A stretch of 64,000 nucleotides of DNA from Pseudomonadota bacterium (GTDB taxonomy: Bacteria > Pseudomonadota > Gammaproteobacteria > Pseudomonadales > UBA7434): the NCBI GenBank assembly GCA_036344075.1, contig JAYYUJ010000008.1:27730-91729 (forward strand), written 5' to 3'. The notes under the pieces were generated by a model. The model was not told the origin of the DNA. It made no database searches and was given only the letters and a program-made list of their open reading frames with translations. The position numbers were made by a program, and so were the translations under genes. Of the stretch, positions 58,155 to 64,000 are shown one piece after another. Every line of letters begins with the position of its first letter. Position 1 is the stretch's first letter.

Positions 58155-58934
58155 TTATAATCGCATTTCTATTCCGCGATCTGCCATATATTGCTTAGCA
58201 TCGCCTATACTGTATTCGCCAAAGTGAAATATACTGGCAGCTAATACCGCATCTGCATGGCCTTCAACAATACCGTCGACAAGGTGCTGTAAGTTACCGA
58301 CTCCACCAGAAGCAATCACTGGTACGTTGACTGCATCCGTTACCGCTCGCGTCAAACCTAAATCAAAACCATTTTTTACGCCATCTTGATCCATACTGGT
58401 CAGTAAAATTTCCCCCGCACCATAGTCAGTCATTTTTACCGCCCACTCAACTGCATCGATGCCGGTTGGTTTTCTTCCGCCATGAGTAAAAATCTCCCAT
58501 CGCGGTGATTCCGTGTTAGTTGCCACAGCAACCTGCTTTGCATCAATGGCCACGACAATACACTGCGAACCAAACCTGTTAGAAGCCTCTTTAACTAAGT
58601 CAGGGTTGTGTATGGCCGCAGTATTAATCCCAACCTTGTCAGCACCTGCATTCAACATGCGGCGAATATCTTGGCACTCTCGTATACCCCCGCCAACCGT
58701 GAGCGGAATAAAAACTTCACTCGCTATTTTTTCGACGGTTTTCACAGTGGTATCCCGCGCTTCATGACTTGCAGTAATATCTAAAAAAGTTATTTCATCC
58801 GCGCCCTGCTCGTTATAACGGCGCGCAACTTCAACAGGATTTCCAGCATCGCGAATATCAACAAACTGAACACCTTTAACAACGCGACCATTATCGACAT
58901 CTAAACATGGTATAATTCGTTTCGCTAGGCCCAT
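58155..58934 (-). CDS. hisF: Imidazole glycerol phosphate synthase cyclase subunit
   Basis: Motifs are [28 protein letters not shown] and ASGG.G. The ATG at 58934 gives the canonical N-terminus. Confidence 0.96.
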   Translation of the reverse strand: MGLAKRIIPCLDVDNGRVVKGVQFVDIRDAGNPVEVARRYNEQGADEITFLDITASHEARDTTVKTVEKIASEVFIPLTVGGGIRECQDIRRMLNAGADKVGINTAAIHNPDLVKEASNRFGSQCIVVAIDAKQVAVATNTESPRWEIFTHGGRKPTGIDAVEWAVKMTDYGAGEILLTSMDQDGVKNGFDLGLTRAVTDAVNVPVIASGGVGNLQHLVDGIVEGHADAVLAASIFHFGEYSIGDAKQYMADRGIEMRL

Positions 58935-58954
58935 CAGCACATCTCTAAAAAGTT

Positions 58955-59695
58955 TTATTTAGCCTGATAATTATCACAATATACTTGTGCTTGTTGCAGA
59001 TCTAAGCTGCCTTCATAAATTGCACGGCCAGTAATTGCGCCGCAGATACCTTGGCTTGCAACTGCACACAAAGCAACAATATCATCTTGGTTGGTGATGC
59101 CGCCCGATGCAATGATCGGAATTGAAGAGGCCTGCGCCATTGCCACAGTGGCTTCAACATTAACGCCCTGCATCATGCCATCACGAGCGATATCGGTATA
59201 AACAATACTCGATACGCCGGCTTGCTCAAACCGCTTGGCCAATTCTGTGGCCTGAAGATCTGAAACTTCAGCCCAACCGTCGGTCGCTACTCGTCCATTT
59301 TTTGCGTCGAGGCCAACAATGATATGGCCTTCATATTCGCGGCAGGCTAAGTTGATAAACTCGGGCTTTTTAACCGCTTGAGTACCAATAATTAAATAAT
59401 TAACGCCCGAGGTTAAATAAGCCTCAATAGTTTCGAGGGATCGAATACCTCCGCCAATTTGGATTGGCAAGTCAGGAAAGTTCCTAGCTATAGCCTCCAC
59501 TACGTCACCATTCACGGGTTGACCATCGAAAGCACCGTTTAAATCAACCAAATGCAGGCGCCTTGCACCGGCGTTAACCCATTGCTCTGCCATGGCAACG
59601 GGGTCATCTGAGAACACCGTCGAGTCATCCATTAAGCCCTGACGTAAGCGTACGCACTGGCCATCTTTTAAATCGATTGCAGGTATCACTACCAT
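58955..59695 (-). CDS. hisA: 1-(5-phosphoribosyl)-5-[(5-phosphoribosylamino)methylideneamino]imidazole-4-carboxamide isomerase
   Basis: Motifs are [31 protein letters not shown] and ASGG. The ATG at 59695 is preferred over the TTG at 59710. Confidence 0.95.
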   Translation of the reverse strand: MVVIPAIDLKDGQCVRLRQGLMDDSTVFSDDPVAMAEQWVNAGARRLHLVDLNGAFDGQPVNGDVVEAIARNFPDLPIQIGGGIRSLETIEAYLTSGVNYLIIGTQAVKKPEFINLACREYEGHIIVGLDAKNGRVATDGWAEVSDLQATELAKRFEQAGVSSIVYTDIARDGMMQGVNVEATVAMAQASSIPIIASGGITNQDDIVALCAVASQGICGAITGRAIYEGSLDLQQAQVYCDNYQAK

Positions 59696-59746
59696 TTTAC
59701 TGATTTCCAATGTTACGAATGTTTTTATCTTTTATTAATAGAAATA

Positions 59747-60415
59747 TTAACTGGCACCATCCCAATTAACAAAATTCTTCAGTAACTGTAACCCATCGTG
59801 ATGACTTTTCTCAGGGTGAAATTGTACGGCACAAATATTATCACGAGCCAACATAGCGGTAATATCAATGCCGTAATTGGCCTTTCCGACCGTATAGGCA
59901 CAATCTTCAGCAGCCACAAAGTAACTATGAACAAAATAAAATCGCGCGCCACTTTCTATACTCTGCCAAAGCCGATGAGGCTGGGTTTGTTCGACCTGAT
60001 TCCAGCCCATGTGCGGCACCTTCAAACCTGGCTGAGCATTACTTTGTGGCTTCGCATCGCTAAAGTGATCGCTGAAGAACTGCACCCGACTGGGCAGTAA
60101 GCCTAAGCAATCAACCCCGCCATTTTCATCGGACCGAACCATCATGCCTTGCATACCGACACAAATCCCTAGTAAAGGTTTTGATTGTGCAACCTCCTGA
60201 ATAACTTGATCTAAACCACGTGCACGCACCTCGGCCATGCAATCACCAATCGCACCCACACCGGGATATACCACGTGTGAAGCGTTCTTAATTAGCTCGG
60301 GATCATCGCCCACCCAAACATTGCGTTCAGGAGCAATATGGCGGAGGGCTTTAGCTATGGAATGGAGATTGCCCATGCCATAGTCAATCACCGCTATATC
60401 CACGGCTGTCATCAT
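59747..60415 (-). CDS. hisH: Imidazole glycerol phosphate synthase glutamine amidotransferase subunit
   Basis: Motifs are IAVIDYGMGNLHS, the catalytic GICVGMQ, and the FHPE triad region. Confidence 0.95.
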   Translation of the reverse strand: MMTAVDIAVIDYGMGNLHSIAKALRHIAPERNVWVGDDPELIKNASHVVYPGVGAIGDCMAEVRARGLDQVIQEVAQSKPLLGICVGMQGMMVRSDENGGVDCLGLLPSRVQFFSDHFSDAKPQSNAQPGLKVPHMGWNQVEQTQPHRLWQSIESGARFYFVHSYFVAAEDCAYTVGKANYGIDITAMLARDNICAVQFHPEKSHHDGLQLLKNFVNWDGAS

Positions 60416-60452
60416 AAGGAATTCCTGTTGATCATCAATGCGAATACTGCGC

Positions 60453-61067
60453 TTACAAACTGCCTTTGGTTGATGGCATCACACCAGTCATGCGTGGATC
60501 TAGCTCAAGCGCCATACGTAACGCTCTACCGAATGCCTTAAAGACTGTCTCGATTTGGTGATGGCTGTTTTCACCGCGAAGACAATCAACATGCAAAGTC
60601 ACATTGGCATGGTTGATAAAGCCTTGAAAGAATTCATGAAATAAATCAACATCAAAACCGCCCACCGTTGATCGTGTAAACGGCACATTAAAATCCAACC
60701 CTGGTCGGCCAGATAGGTCGAGCACGACACGCGACAGGGCTTCATCAAGTGGTACGTAAGCATGGCCATAACGGCGAATACCTTTTTTATCACCCACCGC
60801 TTTGGTAAAAGCTTGGCCCATGGTGATGCCGAGGTCTTCCACTGTGTGGTGGTCGTCAATATGTAAGTCGCCTTTAGCCTTAATATCTAAGTCAATCAGG
60901 CCATGACGGGCAATTTGATCAAGCATGTGCTCAAGGAAGGGAATGCCTGTATCTAATACTACTTCGCCATTCCCATCGAGATTCAATGAAACCACAATTT
61001 GTGTTTCCAATGTATCTCGGGCTACCGTCGCCTTTCGTGCGGGTATTGGATTATTAGGCTGGCTCAT
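60453..61067 (-). CDS. hisB: Imidazoleglycerol-phosphate dehydratase
   Basis: The product is monofunctional IGPD (204 aa), with [16 protein letters not shown] and NSHHQIE.FKA motifs. Confidence 0.95.
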   Translation of the reverse strand: MSQPNNPIPARKATVARDTLETQIVVSLNLDGNGEVVLDTGIPFLEHMLDQIARHGLIDLDIKAKGDLHIDDHHTVEDLGITMGQAFTKAVGDKKGIRRYGHAYVPLDEALSRVVLDLSGRPGLDFNVPFTRSTVGGFDVDLFHEFFQGFINHANVTLHVDCLRGENSHHQIETVFKAFGRALRMALELDPRMTGVMPSTKGSL

Positions 61068-61222
61068 ATCGCTCTCAAAATAATTAGTAAAACACAGAAT
61101 ACAGGTTAATTATAATCAACTTAGGGAAAAGCCTACAGCCTGAAAACTCGGCAATTATGCCACCAAAAGCACAAATTAATAGTTAATTAAATAATAGTTA
61201 GCACTCACTAACTCTCTTGCAG

Positions 61223-61966
61223 CTAGGCCTTAGCTTGATTTGCCACTGAATCCATCATAGCTTCTATCTCATCAGGGTCGCCTAAATATTCGCTGCTAAC
61301 AGGCCTCAAATCAGCATCCAATTGATAGACCAAGGGAACACCTGTAGGGATATTCAATTCCATAATATCGGTGTCGCTGATCGCTTCTAAGTACTTGACT
61401 AAGGCACGCAGGCTGTTGCCATGAGCAGCAATGATCACACGCTGTCCTGCCGCGATCGAGGGCCGAATAACATCATGCCAATAGGGCAGCACGCGATCGA
61501 TGGTTAAGGCCAAACTTTCAGCCCGGGGCAAGATGTTTGGGTCTATGTCGGCATAACGACTATCATTCCCAGGAAAATGCTCGCTGTCTAACTCAACTAA
61601 AGGCGGCGGCGTATCAAAGCTGCGACGCCAAATTTTAACTTGCTCATCGCCATGTTGTTTAGCTGTTTCGGCTTTATTTAATCCCGTTAACGCCCCGTAA
61701 TGACGTTCATTTAATCGCCAACTACGCTCTGTGGGCAAATACAAACGATCCATTTCATCAAGCATCAACCACAAAGTTCGCATTGCACGCTGCAATACCG
61801 ACGTATAGGCAATATCAAATTCAAATCCGCCTTGCTTTAACAATTGACCCGCGTACTTAGCTTGCTGAATACCCGCCTCGGCCAAATCAATATCGTGCCA
61901 ACCGGTGAATCGATTTTCTTGATTCCAAATACTTTCACCGTGCCGAATAAGAACAAGTTGATGCAT
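61223..61966 (-). CDS. gpmA: 2,3-bisphosphoglycerate-dependent phosphoglycerate mutase
   Basis: [20 protein letters not shown] contains the catalytic RHG motif, and [11 protein letters not shown] and [10 protein letters not shown] are also present. Confidence 0.95.
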   Translation of the reverse strand: MHQLVLIRHGESIWNQENRFTGWHDIDLAEAGIQQAKYAGQLLKQGGFEFDIAYTSVLQRAMRTLWLMLDEMDRLYLPTERSWRLNERHYGALTGLNKAETAKQHGDEQVKIWRRSFDTPPPLVELDSEHFPGNDSRYADIDPNILPRAESLALTIDRVLPYWHDVIRPSIAAGQRVIIAAHGNSLRALVKYLEAISDTDIMELNIPTGVPLVYQLDADLRPVSSEYLGDPDEIEAMMDSVANQAKA

Positions 61967-62177
61967 AGCTCACCCATGATTGTGTCGTTTATACTAAAAA
62001 CTCAATTTAAGATTATAGCCTAGATAAATAGCCATGACCGCTATGATTTAAGCTGATAAAATCAATATTCATACAATTTTATTTCAAAATTAGCACTTAG
62101 CTTGAAGATCACCGAAATCGTATCAACCAATTTAGAAATTCATTGCCTAATTAGTTGGGCAAAGTGATAAACTATCA

Positions 62178-64000
62178 ATGATGAAAAAAGTGCGGCTAAA
62201 ATGGCTAACGCTACCGCTACTTGCAATAGCTGCAGGAGTAACAACTCTATGGGTTTTCTTGCTAAGTCTCGATGCCAACAACTTTAAACCACTGATTGAA
62301 TCGACTATTTACGATCGCTTTGGGATTCAATTATCCATTGATGGCCCGCTAAACTGGTCGATTAATTTTAACGGCTTACCCACCGCGGCTTTACAACTGA
62401 GCAATATCAATGCCTACTTTGCTGACAAACCTTTAGCGCAAAACGAGCCTTTGTTTGCCCATGTCAGCCATTTAGAGCTTGGCATTGCTTTGCAACCGCT
62501 ACTCAATGGAACACTGGCTGTTGGTCGCCTAACAGTCGACGGTGTTGATCTTAATTTGCAGGTTAATCGCCAAGGACAAAAAAATTGGTTAGCCGTTAAC
62601 GCTTTCCATAATCAGCCGCTTTCAAATGGACGATCACTTGAGAATGCCTCTATTAGTGAATCGTCAAATCACATGCTGATGGATTTTAGCTTAGACACTC
62701 TGCGCCTAAGCAACGTTAAACTAGGTTACCAAAATGACCAACAACAAAACTTTCATCAAATACACATCAACGAATTAACAGCCAACGCGGTTAACTTAAA
62801 CGGCCAAGCGTTTTTAACAGAAGCCACCATTACCTATCAGCAAAACCGGCAAGAGTTCTCGCCGATAACGTTGAAATTTCGCAGTGATCTATCTCTGATG
62901 GGCTTACTGCAAGCCTCTCACGACTATCCTCGCACGATGACCTTACGTGACCTCGAGATGACACTTGCCGCAAGCAACAACAAAGCTCGATCTATTGACT
63001 TGCAGGGTGACATTACTTATCGGCTGAATGACCACGCTTTTGTGTTCGATAATTTCAGTCTTAAAACTAAGCACTCCACGATTAATTTACAAGCGAACGG
63101 GGTCCCCACACTAGGCCACGATCAGCTAACGCCAACTATCGATCTAACGGGGGAAATTAACGTTAACAGTGAAAATATCGCGGCAGAGGCAACTAATATC
63201 GCGCATTGGATAGGCCAGCAATCACGATTTAATGTCGAGAATGAACCGCCTATTGCACTGTCACTCGAGGCCATCGTTAGCGGACAGCTAGATGAATTAT
63301 CTCAGCGATTATCATTAGTGAACCTACAGGCTTCTTTAGACGACACAAGTATTAAAGGCACGATCAGTGCGCTGATCAAACCCAATCAAATCACCACCTT
63401 TTCTAGCATGCTCGATATCGATCGTATCGATCTCAGTCGCTATTTGAAACCATCAGCCATTGAAAAAAACACCGATCCAGAGCAACAACAAGCAGCGAAA
63501 AATTTTATTAATAAGACGCTGCCGTTGACTGTTCTGGACCGCGCTAATCTGTTATTGACCACGCATATTGATGCGCTTACTTATGAGGGCATCACTGCGA
63601 CCAAAATACGCTCTGGTATTGAAGTGACTAATGGAGACATAAGTATTCTTCAAGTGACCGCCGATGCTTTGCAGTCGACGTTTGACCTTGATGCTAGGTT
63701 ACTTCGTCATCAACCAAGCACGCCACAGTTGACCATTAACGCGAGTGCGACTGAGCTAGATATAGCGACACTATTTAAGACCTTTGACCGTTCAAGTAAA
63801 CCATATGCGGCACCTTTAATGACTGGCACGCTTAACCTTGCCAACAACTGGCAGATGGCCGGTAGCTCTATCGGCGACTGGCAGGCGAGCTTAACTGGTA
63901 ACAGCAAGGCTTCCATTCAAAATGGACGTTTCTATGTTGATAATATTGAACATCGCATTTGCCAAGCTATTGCCGAGATTAGACAAACGAAACTGCATCA
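62178..64000 (+). CDS. asmA: AsmA-family outer-membrane biogenesis protein (3'-truncated by window edge)
   Basis: This gene is not in the ORF track because no stop codon is reached. The frame from ATG 62178 reads MMKKVRLKWLTLPLLAIAAGVTTLWVFLLSLDANNFKPLIESTIYDRFGIQLSIDGPLNWSI..., the typical AsmA N-terminus. No other plus-strand ORF is listed across the remaining 1.8 kb, consistent with an open frame. I spot-checked the frame at several points only. Confidence 0.8.
   Translation, partial: MMKKVRLKWLTLPLLAIAAGVTTLWVFLLSLDANNFKPLIESTIYDRFGIQLSIDGPLNWSINFNGLPTAALQLSNINAYFADKPLAQNEPLFAHVSHLELGIALQPLLNGTLAVGRLTVDGVDLNLQVNRQGQKNWLAVNAFHNQPLSNGRSLENASISESSNHMLMDFSLDTLRLSNVKLGYQNDQQQNFHQIHINELTANAVNLNGQAFLTEATITYQQNRQEFSPITLKFRSDLSLMGLLQASHDYPRTMTLRDLEMTLAASNNKARSIDLQGDITYRLNDHAFVFDNFSLKTKHSTINLQANGVPTLGHDQLTPTIDLTGEINVNSENIAAEATNIAHWIGQQSRFNVENEPPIALSLEAIVSGQLDELSQRLSLVNLQASLDDTSIKGTISALIKPNQITTFSSMLDIDRIDLSRYLKPSAIEKNTDPEQQQAAKNFINKTLPLTVLDRANLLLTTHIDALTYEGITATKIRSGIEVTNGDISILQVTADALQSTFDLDARLLRHQPSTPQLTINASATELDIATLFKTFDRSSKPYAAPLMTGTLNLANNWQMAGSSIGDWQASLTGNSKASIQNGRFYVDNIEHRICQAIAEIRQTKLH

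Noticed and set aside
1-64000. I searched by eye for CRISPR arrays, rRNA/tRNA genes, transposases, integrases, phage genes, toxin-antitoxin pairs and defence-system hallmarks.
   Set aside because: None was found. The intergenic regions are short (mostly under 300 nt) and show no cloverleaf-like or repeat-spacer structure. All long ORFs are accounted for by metabolic, housekeeping or envelope functions.

Overview
This is a gammaproteobacterial chromosomal segment, visibly AT-leaning. Its gene order resembles Pseudomonadales/Oceanospirillales-type genomes: rho-ubiD, orn/rsgA...psd, epmA-efp/epmB, serB-parC, typA, finR-like/fpr, dusC, parE-yqiA-cpdA-yqiB//tolC, waaA, glnII, ntrBC, trmL, secB-grx-rhodanese, envC-ctpA-yibQ-like, hisFAHB, gpmA and asmA. 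I can support about 60 CDS. Reading by eye I saw no rRNA, tRNA, CRISPR array, transposase or integrase. Most of the window is conserved housekeeping. The stand-out is an accessory block between dusC and parE (about 28.1-38.6 kb). Within it, a minus-strand locus (28125-35209) has zur followed by a Zur-box-controlled gene for a His-rich secreted protein. Downstream of that gene lie two further paralogues of the same unrecognised protein family, a beta-helix lipoprotein and a TonB-dependent receptor with a GHSHSHP loop. Two of the paralogues end in PEP-CTERM/VPLPA-CTERM-like anchors. I interpret this as a candidate undescribed Zur-controlled, surface-anchored metal (probably zinc) capture and uptake system. 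Secondary observations are a frameshifted Na+-dependent NSS transporter, a type II (eukaryote-like) glutamine synthetase with a sigma-54 promoter and NtrC site, a possible GH10 xylanase gene relic, and several operator-like dyads. All calls come from reading the sequence and ORF translations; no searches were run.
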